Origin: the human T2T-CHM13v2.0 reference genome, Homo sapiens
Reading direction: 5' to 3' (one strand)
NCBI RefSeq assembly: GCF_009914755.1
Contig: NC_060940.1
DNA: 64,000 nt
Part shown: positions 17,752-36,339 of the stretch, piece after piece
Layout of the letters: every line of letters starts with the position of its first letter
Position numbering within the stretch: the stretch's first letter is position 1
Position numbers and translations under genes: made by a program
Notes under the pieces: model-generated
Databases searched by the model: none
Told to the model about the DNA's origin: nothing
Seen by the model: the letters and a program-made list of their open reading frames with translations, nothing else

Positions 17752-18037
17752 AGTTTCCAGCCTGGGTTGGGATCGGGTACTTCTTTGAGGGATCTTAAGC
17801 CACCATGACAAAGGGAGGGTGTGGCTGTTGTCAATGAACTCACCAGGCCAAATTCAGCCCAAAGATATGTTGTATCTAGCTCGTACCCTGTTATAATTTT
17901 TAAAAAGTAGGTGTCCACATTTAAAAGTTGTGGATTTTTTAAAATGTTTAAATCCACATTTAAAATGGTTAAATCCACATTTAAACATTGCCAACCACGG
18001 TACTTAGCAACATCTGGATATTTGAAAGCTCCCAGGT

Positions 18038-18736
<699 letters not shown>

Positions 18737-18949
18737 TCAGCACAGGGCCTGGTGCAATTCATTCATTCATACATTTATTCATTCATTCATACTTATATAA
18801 CTAACCCAATGTCCAGGCCTCTTTCCAAACCAGTTAGGTCAAAATATGTGGGTGTGCAACCTGGGCATCAGAATTTTTTAATCCCCTAAGTGGTTCCAAT
18901 GTGCAGCCATGCATGAGAACCAGCTCTTTCCATGGATTAAGTAGACTCT

Positions 18950-19671
<722 letters not shown>

Positions 19672-20889
19672 TGAAAAATGTAGCTTTGATGGTTGGCTTG
19701 AAGTCAGTAGGTAATTTCAGTTCAGCTGGTAAAAATATTCTTAGCCTCATTTCTAACAAGTATTCATGGTTCCTGCCTGTGGAGATTATATAGTGTTTAT
19801 GGCCCTTGGACATGAATTATTAATGATTTTGAAATTGTGGTCATTGTAGTTTACTCAAAAATCATTAGGAAGTAAATTTATCATGCAGTGTTGGAAAAAA
19901 GGAGATCACAGAGGAGGAAGAAATATTTATCCATCTTCCAATTCATCCCTACAGCATCCACACTGGTGCCCAGGGCACTGTGGGGCTCATGAGCATGGCG
20001 CTGGGGACATGTCCCCTTACTGCTCAGAGCCACTGTGAGGCCACTGTTGACTCTGTGAATTAATACCTCCAGTTTGCTGTGAGGGCTGCAGTTCAGGTCC
20101 TGAGGCCAAGCAGCTCTGCCTCAAATCCCAGCTGTGTGACCTTGGACTTGAGCCCTCTCACCTTGTTTGATAATGTCCACTTTGGAGAGGGTTAATACAG
20201 TCATGTATTAACGTACCTAGCACAGTGCTGGGCACACCATAAGTGTTCCATAGATGTTAGTTGTTATATTACTTGAAGTGTCTAGGATTTAACAGAGAGA
20301 TTCACAAGGAGAAGGCAGCACAATTAATTACACTTTCACAGAAGGGGCCTCCCTCACTCCAGCCAGACTTGAGGCTGATTCCAGCCTTCCTGCTTCCTGG
20401 CTGTGTGTCCCCAGGCACCTGGGCCCCCAGGCAGGCTAGCCCCAGGGCCCTCATTCTTAACCACTCTGAGAGCCTCCCATGATAACGGAAGGCCGTTTTT
20501 GCAGTTGATTGGAGATTCCAAAAAATGCTCTTGACAGCACACTCATCTGCTGAACTGACTTTGCAAGGATTGCAAAAGTCATTGAACTCACCCAACTAGA
20601 AAATGTTAAGCCTTCCCTTTGCATGCATGCACATGCACACACATACACACACACACACCTTCCTGCTAGTAACAGAGACTTCTGGTACAAGGCTAGAGGC
20701 TTCCTTCATTTTTCCCAAGCAGAAGAGGAGACAGGTCTGAGGGGAACACAGCAATGGAGGGAGTACAGGATCCAGGGTGCCTCCAGGGACGAGGTTCTCT
20801 CGACAGCCCTCTCTGTCTCTTCAGTGTGCAACCACAGACACACCTCTGCTCTCCTCTGGGTCTTCTGGGTCTCTTTATCTTGTTGCTAT

Positions 20890-21190
20890 CTTTTTTGTTT
20901 TTTTGTTTTAGACAGGGTCTCGCTGTGTTACCCAGATTGGAGTGCAGTGGCGCTGTATCAGCTTACTGCAACCTCTGCCTCCCAAGTTCAAGTGATCCTC
21001 CCACCTCAGCCTCTTGAGTAGTGGAGACCACAGGTGTGCACCACCAGACCCAGCTAATTGTTGTATTTTTTGTAGAAACAGGGTTTTGCCGTGTTGCCCA
21101 GGTTGATCTTGAACTCCTAGGCTCAAGCAGTCCTCCCCTCTTGGCCTCCCAAAGTTCTGGGATTATAGGCGTGAGCCACCTAGCCTGGTC
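20890..21190 (-). mobile_element. AluJ
   Basis: Full dimer; TSD tcttgttgct(a/g)tctt. Confidence 0.85.
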
Positions 21191-22372
21191 CTTGTTGCTG
21201 TCTTGATCCTCCTATTAGCTCTTCCTCCTCTATAAGCCCAGGCCACAGGCCAGTGAGAGAGTCTGGCCTGGCTAATCAATACTCAAGAGTATTCAGGGAA
21301 TACAATATTCCTGACACCAGTCTTCATTTGCCCTCCCAGGAGGCAACGACTATAATCAATTTCTTATGTGTCCTTCTAGAAATATTCTACAGGTATGCAG
21401 CTATGCAGAACATATGCTTTGTCTCCTTTACCCACCCATCCATTCCCCTCATGCAATACACATTGTTTTCTTCTTGATTTTTTTTTTTTTTTTTCATTTA
21501 ACAACATGTCTTGGAGAGCATTCCTCAGCAGGTCATAGGGACAGACCTCTCTCTTTTCATGGCTGCCTAGTACTCCATTGTGAATTTACAGGAATGTAAT
21601 TCTTTACTTGAAACATTTAAGGCCAAATATATTTCATTTTTTTATATTTAAAAAGTTATACCATCCTATAAGGACCTGGAAAAGCACTCTATAATCAAAT
21701 ACATTAATATATGTACAGAACTCATTGAGGTGGCTGATGCTTGTTATCCCACCAGCTACTTGGGATGCTGAGGTGGGTGGCTCACTTGACCCCAGGAGTT
21801 TGAATCCAGGTTGGGCAATATAGTGAAGCCCCATCTCTAAAACATATATATATATAATGTATGTGTACAGCAAAATATGAATATTTATACTAAGTGGGTA
21901 AATAAAGGCTATAAATTTTATGTCATTTCAGGTCAGGTTTTGGTCCTAAATAATTGCATAAATGTATTACTAATTCTTGATTAATGAATATCTAGTCATT
22001 AATAGTCTTTTGCTACTATAAGAATACTTTAAAGAATATTCTGGAGCAGACATCCCTGTGCACATAGGAATAGCCAAAGGTTAAATGCTTAAAAGTAGAA
22101 CTAATGGATCAAAGGGTGTGTGTTCTATTTAAATTGATGTTTCCAATTCATCTTTTAACAGTGCATGAAAGGGATAGAGCTATTTTTTTTCCCCCAGGTT
22201 ATCTTGTAGCAAGCTGACCAGATTCAAGTGTGGCTGTCCTTGACTGAGGTGCCCACAATGGAGCCATTCAGTGACCACTGCTATAGTTCCCTAGTTCACT
22301 TGTCTTGTGGGGGTGAGAGGAGGGACGTTTACTTGAGAAGGACTTGGGGGTATATCTAGCACCTTGATTTCT

Positions 22373-22812
22373 TTTGTTTTACCATAGGTTTGGGGGGAAC
22401 AGGTGGTATTTGGTAAAATGAATAAGTTGTTTAGTGGTGATGTGTGAGATATTGATGCACCCATCACCCAAGCAGTATACACTACACCTAATTTGTAGTC
22501 TTTTATCCCTCACCCCCTTCCCACCCTTTCCCCCTGAGTCCCCAAAGTCCACTGTGTCATTCTTATAGCCTTTGCATCCTCATAGCTTAGCTCCCACTTG
22601 TAAGTGAAAACACACAATGTTTGGTTTTCTATTCCTGAGTTACTTCATTTAGAATAATAGTCTCCAGTTCTATCCATGTTGCTGCGAATGCCATTAATTC
22701 ATTCCTTTTTATGGCTGAGTAGTATTCCATCATATATACATACCACAGTTTCTTTACCTACTCATTGATTGGTGGGCATTTTGGTTGGTTCCACATTGCA
22801 ATTGTGAATTGC
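22373..22812 (-). mobile_element. L1PB1-like 3' end, 5'-truncated
   Basis: ataggtttgggggaacaggtggtatttggt...gagtccccaaagtccactgtgtcattcttat; 15-bp TSD agcacct(t/c)gatttct at 22358-22372 and 22813-22827. Confidence 0.85.
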
Positions 22813-25289
22813 AGCACCTCGATTTCTGCAAGCCATCTCTTGCAGCCCTGAGCTCGTAAGATTTGTCTTGGCTGATTACAGGCTGATTACAGAAAAGACA
22901 GGTGACTTTTCTGTGAGTTTCAGACTCCACTAGCGCGCAAACTGCAGATACTTCCTTCCCTTTTCTCCATTCAGTTCTCCGTGTTCTTGCAATTTCAGTC
23001 TTGTTGCCCCGTCCATATTTACAGATCTCAATTGCTTTGTTTAAAAAAAAGTTTTTTTAAAGGAAGAAAACAAAAGAAAAGGCAAGTTGGTGGTGTTGCA
23101 TTACAAAGAGCCTGGTATGACAGCTGACATTCCAACTCTGCACTTTTACGGGAATGAAACCTTTTAGTTCATATTTCTGGGCAGAGAAGAACAAAATCTA
23201 TTTTAGATTCAACTGCCAAATGTATTCCCACTTGCGAAATTATTGTTGTCAGTCTTTCTGCTTCTTGAGGTCTTGGTCTCTCTGCAGCTTTGAGAACTTG
23301 AAGAGAGGGGCCCTGGTAACATTGACAACTTCTGATTTATGCAGGGCAAATAAGACACAGGGCAGGATTAGAAGCAGTGCAGCAGAGGAATTGAGCTTGC
23401 GAACCCTGGAACCAAACAGCGTGGATTCCTAGGCTAGCTCTATCACTCAGGCAAGTGACTTACCTTTTCGTGATTCGACTTCCCCCTCTATAAGATGGGG
23501 ATGATATGAAACCTGCATTTCACAGGACTGTGGCAAGGATTCAGTGAATTCATACGTGTCAAGTGCTTAGGATGGAACCTGGCACATACTCAGAGCTCAA
23601 TAAATGTCAACAATTATAATTTAGGACTGGCAGGGCAAAATATCCTATTTACAAAGCTAATCCCTTGAAAGTCACAGGTGGAGAAGTCTTGCTGAGAAAG
23701 AGAAGGACACAGATTGGGCCCCTTTGGTATGATGGAAGAATGGTGCATAATCCATCCCTGTTGGAATTCCTTTGTATCTGAGTCCCCAGCCTGTCCCAGG
23801 ACCTCTGCAGTTAGGTTGGGCACTGCAGGAGATGTGTACACAAACACCCAAGTTTAACAACAACAGGGCCAAGACTCCAGCGCCGAAAAGCAAAGAGAAT
23901 CAATTTCTGATAAAATGCCAGGAAGGAGATTGACATGTCTAAAACCTTCCTGGTATCAGCTTAGCTTCCAGCACAAGATTAAACTCTAGGAAAAATCCCA
24001 TCAGAGAGCTGCAATTTGTGACCAGACAGAGATAATGTTGACAGCTTCCCTTTCCCGAGTCTGTTTTGGATAAACAATGTGCCCTTCAACAGAGCACCAT
24101 CAAAGTGTTCTCTATCCTCAGATCTTAGGCATGAAATAGCCTTTAAGATAGCTCTCTTTACCTCCTCCCTCCACCCCCAGAAGTCACTGTATGGAATATG
24201 ATTAGAAGAGAGAATGGTGCTAAGAGGAGGTTCCTGCAAGTTACTCAGGAAAGGTATGTCTGCAGGATAAAAACACCCCATGAAAACTGTCACTTACTCT
24301 GGGGACACTTTTGGAGGAGCAAGACACAGGTCATGAAAGTGCCAGGCCATGGGGGCTTCAGTCCTGGCTGCTGTCACTGACCATGGACACACTTGCTTTC
24401 CCCTCTCTGAGCCCGTATTTCCTCTGTGGTCCCCCAAGTCTGACAAGAGCCAATGCTTCTGTGACTTCAGCTTTAGTAGTGTCCACAGGCCATGTCTGTC
24501 AGCTTCTGTTTAAGTGATAGAAGCCTTCCTTAAACCAGCTTCTGCAAAATAAGAGAATTTGTTGCCTCACCTAGCTGAAAAGTTCAGGGGTGGACATCAG
24601 GCATGGATGGATCTAGGTGCTCTGACTTAGTCCCTCTTGACTCTGCCTTCTTTGGTGGCAGGTCTGCTCTCTACCAGGTGGCAAGATGGCTACCAGCAGC
24701 CTTAGGCTTACAGTGTAGAGGCCAGATGGCATGGTGGGGGAAGCTTAGGTGCTAGATTTAAAAGGTTTGGGGATGAATCCTGGCTCATCACTCACCCAAG
24801 CAGCTCAGCCACCTCATAGCTTCAGTTTCTTTCTATATAGAATGGGGATAGTGGCAGCACCTGTCTCACTAGGTGGTCAGGGTGCCTAGAACAGTGCCCT
24901 ACAGGTTGTGAATCCCTGAATAGTGATTGGTGCTTCTTCCTCCTTCTTTGCTTCCTCCTCCTTCTCCCCTTCTCCTTCCTGTCATTTTCGGAATTCTCTC
25001 AGCAACTTCAGCAAAGAGTGAGCGCTCTCCAAGGCTAACTCTTCAGCCACGGCCCCAGATAGAGACTCGCTGGCCCATCTAGGGTTGTGCACTTGTCCTG
25101 GAGACAAAGGTTGGGTGGGGTCAACCCTACGTAAAGCACATGGTTAGGAAGGGATATTTTCCAAAAGGAAAATCAGGATACTGGTGCCAGAAAAAGGGGG
25201 AAAGGCAAAAAACAGCAGCTGTCCCCTTCATGGCCACTGTGTGGTGGGAATAGTAACTGACAGCACAATTGTTAAAAATTATATTCAAA

Positions 25290-25582
25290 GCCGTGCATGG
25301 GGGCTCACGCCTGTAATCCCAGCACTTTGGAGGCTGAGGTAGGTGGATCACCTAAGGTCAGGAATTTGACCAGCCTGGCTAACATGGCAAAACCCTGTCT
25401 CTACTAAAAATACAAAAACTAGCTGTGTGTGTTGGTGGGTGCCTGTAATCCCAGCTACTCAGGAGGCTGAGGCAGGAGAATCGCATGAACCCATGAGGCG
25501 GAGGTTGCAGTGAGCCAAGATTGTGCCACCACACTCCAGCTTGGGCGACAAGAGCGAAATTCCATCTCAAAAAAAAAAAAAT
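25290..25582 (+). mobile_element. AluS
   Basis: Full dimer with A tail. Confidence 0.88.
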
Positions 25583-25980
25583 CATGTTGACATCTGTTGT
25601 CTTGTTGACTCTTCACAATGCCCTATAAGGCAAGGAATATTATCCTTATCTTACATGAGAGGAAGTCTAGGCTCAGAGCGGTGAGACAGCCTGCCCTGGG
25701 TAACACAGCAAGTACAGGGCTCAGCTGATAGCCTGTGTTATGTGCACCCTGGCAAAGTGGCAAGAACATGCCACTCCCCCTCCTCCCTGTAGGCCCTTGC
25801 TACTGGTTTACAGCCAGACAGGAGGACCCCAAACTCCTGTGACCACAGGGCTGGGCAGAGGCAATGACTGCCAGGTAAATGTGAGACTCAGTTTCCTCAT
25901 CTGGCAAGGGGAGCTGGTCTGATACTTACCTCCCCAAACTCAATGCAATTAACTACAGCCAGATTCCAGTTAGAAGCCAC

Positions 25981-27085
25981 TAGACACAAATCAAAACTAC
26001 AATGAGATATCATCTCATCCCAGTTAAAATGGCTTTTATTCAAAAGACAGGCAAAAACAAATACTGGCGAGGATACAGAGAAAAGGGAATCCTTGTACAT
26101 GTTTGTTGGGAATGTAAATTAGTATGATCACTATGGAGAACAGTTTGGAGATTCCTCAAAAAATAGCTACCATACGATCCAGCAATTCCGCTCCTAAATG
26201 TATACACAGAAGAAAGGAAGTGGGTATATCGAAGGGATTTTTCCACTCCCATGTTTCTTGCAGCACTGTTCATAATAGCCAAGACTTGGAAGCAACCTCA
26301 GTGTCCAACAGACACACGTATAAAGAGAATGTGGTACACACACACAATGGAGTCCTGTGCAGCCAGAAAAAAGAATGAGATCCTGTCATTTGCAACAACA
26401 TGGGTGGAACTGGAGGTTATTATGTTTAGTAAAATAAGCCAGGCACAGAAAGACAAACTTCACATGTTCTCACTTATTTATGGGAGCTAAAAATTAAACT
26501 CATGGACATAGAGAATAGACGGATGGGTCCCAGAGGCTACGGAGGGTGGCAGGAGAAGTGAGGATGGTTAATGGGCACAAAAAAAGTAGAAAGAATGGCT
26601 GGGTGCAGTGGCTCACACCTGTAATCCCAGCACTTTGGGAGGCCGAGGCAGGCGGATCACTTGAGGTCAGGAGTTCCAGATCAGCCCAGGCAACATGGTG
26701 AAACCCTGTCTCTACTGAAAATACAAAATTAGGCGGGCGTGGTGGCACACACCTGTAGTCCCAGCTACTGGGGAGGCTGAAGCAGGAGAATCACTTAAAC
26801 CAGGAAACAGAGGTTGCAGTGAGCCGAGATCATGCCAATGCACTCCAGCCTGGGCGATAAGAGGGAGACTCTGTCTCAAAAAAATAATAATAATAACTAA
26901 AAGAATATACTTGGGTTGTTTATAAACACAAAGGATAAATGCTTGAGGGGATGGATACCCCTTTTACCCTGATGTGCTTATTATGCATTGTATCCCTGTA
27001 TAAAAACATCTCATGTAACTCATAAATATATACACCCATTATGTACCCACAAAAATTAAAAATAAAAATAAATTAAGAATTTCTT
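25981..27085 (+). mobile_element. L1MA (MA2-4-like) 3' fragment: ORF2 C-terminus remnant and 3'UTR, with AluS (26597-26895) inserted
   Basis: ORF 26251..26490 [19 protein letters not shown]...ILSFATTWVELE resembles the L1 ORF2p C-terminus; ends tgtacccacaaaaattaaaaataaaa; TSD-like agaagc(c/t)act. Confidence 0.88.
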
Positions 27086-27102
27086 AAAAAGAAGCTACTG
27101 AA

Positions 27103-27721
<619 letters not shown>

Positions 27722-28292
27722 CTAAACTCTTTAAAAAATACATTGTTTGGGCCACTCGTGCTTTATTGAAGTCCTGGGAGATGGCTTGGCACTGAGGTGG
27801 AACGGTCCCGGGCAGGCAAGGCAGGAGGCTGGGGCAGACAGCCTGGGTTCACATCCTGGCTCTACTACTAGCTGTGTAGTTTTCAGCAATTACCTAACCT
27901 CTCTGCGCGTCAGTTTCCTCAGCTGCAGAATGGAGCTGAAAATAGAGTACCTCCTCCTGGAGTTGTTGAGAGAATTAAAAGACTAATACATGTGAAGCAC
28001 TTAGAACCATATCTGTAAGGGCTGTTTAAGTGTTTGCTGTTTATTATTCATTGAGTCCCTCTGTCAGATCCTGTCCACACCGTGTTCCATCAGCTGGAGT
28101 AGCTGGGGTTGGGGTAGGGAGGCAGGGTTGGTGTAGTTTACACCTGCAGATAGCCAGGCCAGTGGGCCCTGCATTCGACATTTAATTTCTTTCTGATTCC
28201 ACAACTAATGCATGCTGATTGTCAAGAAATTAGAAAATGCAGAAAGGTACAAAAATGGTTCGTTATCGTACCAACCTAGATAATCACTATTA

Positions 28293-28630
28293 CAGATGCT
28301 CCTTAACATACAATGGGTTATGTCCCAATAAACCCATCCTAAGTTGAAAATACTGTACTTAACCTGCTGAACATCATAGCTCAACCTAGCCTACCTTAAA
28401 TGTGCTCACGGCACTTAAATATTAGCCTACAGTTGGGCAAAATCATCTAACACAAGGCATGTTTCATCATGAAGTGTTGAATATCTCATGTAATTTATTG
28501 AGTACTGTACTCAAAGTGAAAAACAGAATGCTTGTTTAGGTACTTGAAGTACAGTTTCCACTGAATGTATATTGCTTTCATACCACAATAAAGTCGAAAA
28601 ATCCTAAGATGATCCATTGGTATCATCTAT
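28293..28630 (+). mobile_element. MER47A-like Tigger/mariner DNA transposon fossil
   Basis: TA|CAGATGCTCCT...ataaacccatc...cctagcctaccttaaatgtgctca...attagcctacagttgggcaaaatcatctaacacaa. Confidence 0.8.
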
Positions 28631-28649
28631 TTATATTTCTTTCTAGCTT

Positions 28650-28677
28650 TTTTTTTTCTTTTCCCTTTTCCCTTTCC

Positions 28678-28710
<33 letters not shown>

Positions 28711-29981
28711 GAGGCAGGGTCTCACTTTGTCACCCAGGCTGGTGTGCAGTGGCATGAACACGGCTCAAGTGATCCTCTCACTTCAGCCTCCCAGGTGGCT
28801 GGGGACTATGGGCATATGCCGCCATCTCCAGCTAATTTTTGTATTTTTTGTAGAGACAGGATCTCGCCATTTTGCCCAGGCTGGTCTTGAACTCCTGAAC
28901 TCAAGCGACCCTCCTGCCTCTGCCTCCCAAAGTGCTGGGATTACCGCCGGGAGCCACTGTGCCTCTAGCATTTTTTTTCTATGCAACTACATATATTTCA
29001 GAAATAGGACCATACTAAGGGACAATGAAAAATGCCTACTTTGCATTATTCTTTTTAAAATGTATTTATTGAGGTATAACTTATGTGCAATAAAATAAGC
29101 TTAAGTGTATAGTTTTATGAATTTTTATATATAAATATATAAAATCAGTTATTCACATCAAATGTAGAATAATCTATATTTAAGAGGTTTTCACATGTCC
29201 CCTCCCAGTTAATACCTCTCCAAGGATAACCACTATTTTGACTGTTTTTTGTTTTGTTTTGTTTTGTTTTGGAGAAAGGCCTTGCTCTGCCACTCAGGCT
29301 GGAGTGCAGTGGTACAGTCACAGCTCACTGTAGCCTCAAACTCCTGGGCTCAAGCAATCCTGCCTCAGCCTCCCAAGTAGCTGAGCCACCATGCCTGGCT
29401 CCATCCATGTTTTTTAATGCATCAGTAGTTTGTTCTTTATCATCATAGTGTAAGACCTTCAATTCTTCTCGGAAAAATTAAATCGCAAAATAATTTGAGT
29501 ACATTGTTGTTATTAAAAATTTTTCAAGTTTGCACGTTAAACAAAAATAGCCTGTCAAATTTACCCTCAATCTCATTCCCCTTCCCAGAAATAACTGCTG
29601 TTATACATTGGATGTTCATCTTTCTGGAGCTTTTTCTATTTATGCAACTCTATTCTTTTTTTTTTTTTTTTTTTTGAACCGGAGTCTCACTCAGTTGCCC
29701 AGGCTGGAGTGCAGTGCAGTGGTGTGATCTCACCTCACTGCAACCTCCGCCTTCCAGACTCAAGGGATTCTTGTGCCTCAGCCTCCCTAGTAGCTGGGAG
29801 TAGCTGGGATTATAGGTGTGCACCACCACTCCAGCTAATTTTTGTATTTTTTTTTTTTTTTAGTAGAGACAGGGTTTCACCATGTTGGCCAGGCTGGTTT
29901 CAAACTCCCCGCCTCAAGTGATCTGCCTGCCTTGGCCTCCCAAGGTGCTGGGATTACAGGCATGAGCCACTGTGCCCAGCC
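28650..29981 (-). mobile_element. Cluster of minus-strand Alus (28650-28965, 29245-29400, 29656-29981) with L1M fragments between them
   Basis: Poly-T heads and Alu consensus; TSD tatgcaactctatt around the last copy. Confidence 0.8.
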
Positions 29982-30061
29982 TATGCAACTCTATTATTTA
30001 TTTCAACTAGGAGTAGCTTTGGCCACAAATAGCAAAATACCCAACTAATAATGGTCTAAAC

Positions 30062-30274
30062 CAGGGGTCAACAAACTTTTTTCTGTAAAGGATCAGGTAA
30101 TAAATACTTCAGTCTTTGTGGGCCACACGGTCTCTTGTCACAACTACTCTGCCATTGAGCACAAAAGCAGCCATAGTCAATATGTAAATGAGCATGGCTG
30201 TGTTCCAGTAAAACTTTATTTGCAAAAATAAGTGGCTGGCCAGATTTGGCCTGTGATTAATTTGCTTACCCTTG
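30062..30274 (+). mobile_element. MER58A hAT-Charlie fossil
   Basis: caggggtcaacaaac...gagcatggctgtgttccagtaaaactttattt...cccttg; 8-bp TSD-like gtctaaac/gcctaaat. Confidence 0.85.
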
Positions 30275-30544
30275 GCCTAAATAATAGGGATTTGTTTGGC
30301 TTATGTGGTGGGAAATCTGGAAATAGCCTCATGAGAAAATCTGAATTTACACTTTACCCAAAAACATCTGAGACAGCCTGTCTTTCTAATTGTATGGAAT
30401 AGTAATTAACAGCTTTTTATATTTTTGCCAGTCCTCTTTGTCTTTATTCCTGTGTTTTGGAAAAATGCCTCTGTTTAATCTTCCAGATCACTAATGTTCT
30501 CTCTATCTGTATCTATTCTGCCCTTCAGCATGTTTTGATTTCTT

Positions 30545-32256
<1,712 letters not shown>

Positions 32257-32913
32257 GGAGTTGTGCTTTCTAATGAAAACTGGGTTCAAATACCATATCT
32301 GCTCTCTACTACCTTGGTCAAGTCACTTCACCTCTCTAAGCCTTAGCATTCTCACCTCTCAAATGGGGATAATGATAATAATACTTATCTCCTAGGGTTA
32401 ATGAGAGTGTCAGTGGAAATAGCAAATGTCAAGTGTTCAGCATGGGGCCCGGCATGTATTAGTTGCTAAAATATGTTAGCGCCCTTCATCTGTCTTAGTC
32501 TGAGCAAATATTTCTCACGCACTCATTTTGTGCCATGGTAGTGGTGGTTTTGGCAGCCATACCATAATGTTAGCTCATACTGAGCACATCAGCTAAAAGC
32601 CCTGTCTTTTGCCTCCTGAACTTTTCTTAAGCACTCTTCCCTCCCAATGCCTCCCCTTGTAGAGGACCTTTACCTTGGCCATTATGCATTTTTTCAAGCT
32701 ACTCTTGCTCTATCCGTAACCTGAAGAAACTGATCTGAACCCAGATTCCGTCATCCAGTTTATTCTGTGTGCCTCCCATCTGAATGTCATCCGCCAACAT
32801 AATAAACAGCTTCAACAGCCAGATCCAGCCATTGATAAAATTATGGCCTGGGAGACGACCAAGGACAGAACCCCATGACATGCCACCCTTCCAGGGAAAA
32901 GTAATTTAGATGA

Positions 32914-33628
<715 letters not shown>

Positions 33629-33835
33629 TATTATTTTTATTTCTTACAGCAGCTCTACAAGGTAAGTATTTATATTACTCAGGACGTGGTTAAAAAAATA
33701 AACTTAGTCTAGTTTAGCAGAAGGGGAACTTCATTACTTTCTCACAGGCTCTGAAGCAGTGGAGCTTCACAGAATCATCTGGATGTGAAGAACAGATGGA
33801 GCCCTCCAGGGTCCTGGGAGGTCCCCTCTCTGTAG

Positions 33836-34590
<755 letters not shown>

Positions 34591-34819
34591 AAACGTTTTC
34601 ATCCAAACCTCTCAGGATTATTAGCCCTACTTAGGTCAGGCACCTTCTCCTGATCCAGGTGCCTATGGTTAGTGGTGGGGTCACACTGTCCCAATATGGC
34701 ATCCAGGAATCTCAGTGCTGTGACCTTGTGGCTGATGGGGCAGTGACATCCAGAATCCAGCTGCACATTTTACAAATAAAAGTGAGGCCCTAAGTCACAC
34801 AGCTAAAAAGAAACCAGGG

Positions 34820-35520
34820 CTTGCTCAAGACCAGCCTGGGCAACATGGCAAGGCCTCGTCTGTACAAAAAAAAAAAACTAAAAATTAACCGGGCGTGGTG
34901 GTGTGTGCCTGTAGTCTCAGCTACTTGGGAGGCTGAAGTGGGAGGATCACTCGAGCCCAGGAAGCCAAGTCTGCAGTGAGGTGTGTTCATGCCATTGCAC
35001 TCCAGCCTGGGTGACAGAGTGAGGCCCTATCTCAAAAACAACAACAACCAGGGCTTGTTCCTGGTCTGTCTGATGCTGAAGCTCATGTTGTTAATGCTCT
35101 GCTCCTTACGCTGGGCCACACTGTCCCAGGATGGTTTTGGTTGTGGTGTTCGTGACTCACGTCTGGCCAGTGACTCAGGCTAGAGAGCCCAGGGACCCAC
35201 CTTGTGTCACCTACCATGGTCCAGTCCCCATCAAGGGCTCTGAGATTCCTGGTCGGTTTACTTATTTCTTTGGTGACTTGAAAGTCACCTCGGCCCTGGC
35301 TGAAGTCTCAGATCTCACAATTTCATGGTGGAACCTGACACTAAAGGTGACAAGCAGAGACACTGGAGTTCAATAAAGCTTGGTGTTTTTTGTTTTATTT
35401 TGTTTTTGTAGAGACAGGGTCTTACTGTCTTGCCTAGGCTGGTCTTGAACACCTGGCCTCAAGCCATCCTCCCACCTTAGCTGCCCAAAGTGCTGGGATT
35501 ACAGGTGTGAGACCGTGCCT
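34820..35520. mobile_element. 5'-truncated AluJ (+, 34820-35045) and FLAM (-, 35385-35520)
   Basis: TSD aaccagggcttg around the first copy. Confidence 0.8.
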
Positions 35521-35876
35521 GTCCAAAGCTAGGTTTAAATTCTAGCTCTGTGACTTCTCATTGGATGACTCTCTATGCCTCCGTTGAGGAAAAATAGAGA
35601 TAATCATAATAGCCAGTTTATCAGTTGCTGTGATGGGTCTGTAAGATAAAACATGCAAACCACTCAGCACAAATTAGTTACTCAGCACAGAGCAATCAGT
35701 TTATGAACTCTGAAACAATGGGGAAAAAAGAGGAGTCCAGAGGAGGAAGTCTTTACTCAGCTAACAGGACAGGCAGTGGGAAGGGGACTGGCCAGGGTTT
35801 CAGGAGGAATTGGCATTGAAGCCTGAATAGATGATGGCAGGATTGGGGTAAGGCCCAGCGGATAAGAACAGATGTG

Positions 35877-36185
35877 GGCCGGGCATGGTGGCTCACGCCT
35901 GTAATCCTAGCACTTTGGGAGGCCTAAGTGGGTAGATTGCATGAGACCAGGAGTTCGAGATCAGCCTGGGCAACATGGTAAAGCCCTGTCTCTACAAAAG
36001 TACAGAAAAAGTTAGCTGGATGTAGTGGCACACACCTGTAATCATAACTACTCAGGAAGCTAAGGTGGGCGGATCACTTGAGCCTGGGAAGTTGAGGCTG
36101 CAGTGAGCTGAGATCACGCCTGCACTCTATCCAGGGCAATAGAGTGAGACCCTGTCTCAAACGTACTCACATACACACACAGAAA
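35877..36185 (+). mobile_element. AluJ with CA-rich tail (donor of the 33.2-kb insertion)
   Basis: Full dimer; TSD cagatgtg at 35869-35876 and 36188-36195. Confidence 0.88.
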
Positions 36186-36339
36186 ACCAGATGTGGACAC
36201 AGGAGGATATACAGGAGTGTGGGGGACCAGCAAGTTGTTCATTGTGATAGAGGCAAAGAAAAGAATAGGTATTGGGAGCAAATGAGCATCACCAAGTCTG
36301 GTCGTGTAGATGGGGGCCCTATAGAGGAAACTTTGTGCA

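Noticed and set aside
25922-25931. ATACTTACCT resembling the U1 snRNA 5' end
   Set aside because: Only 10 nt, inside MIR-like sequence; no U1 body follows.
26251-26490. ORF resembling a real protein
   Set aside because: Remnant of the L1 ORF2p C-terminus in a 5'-truncated L1MA; non-functional.
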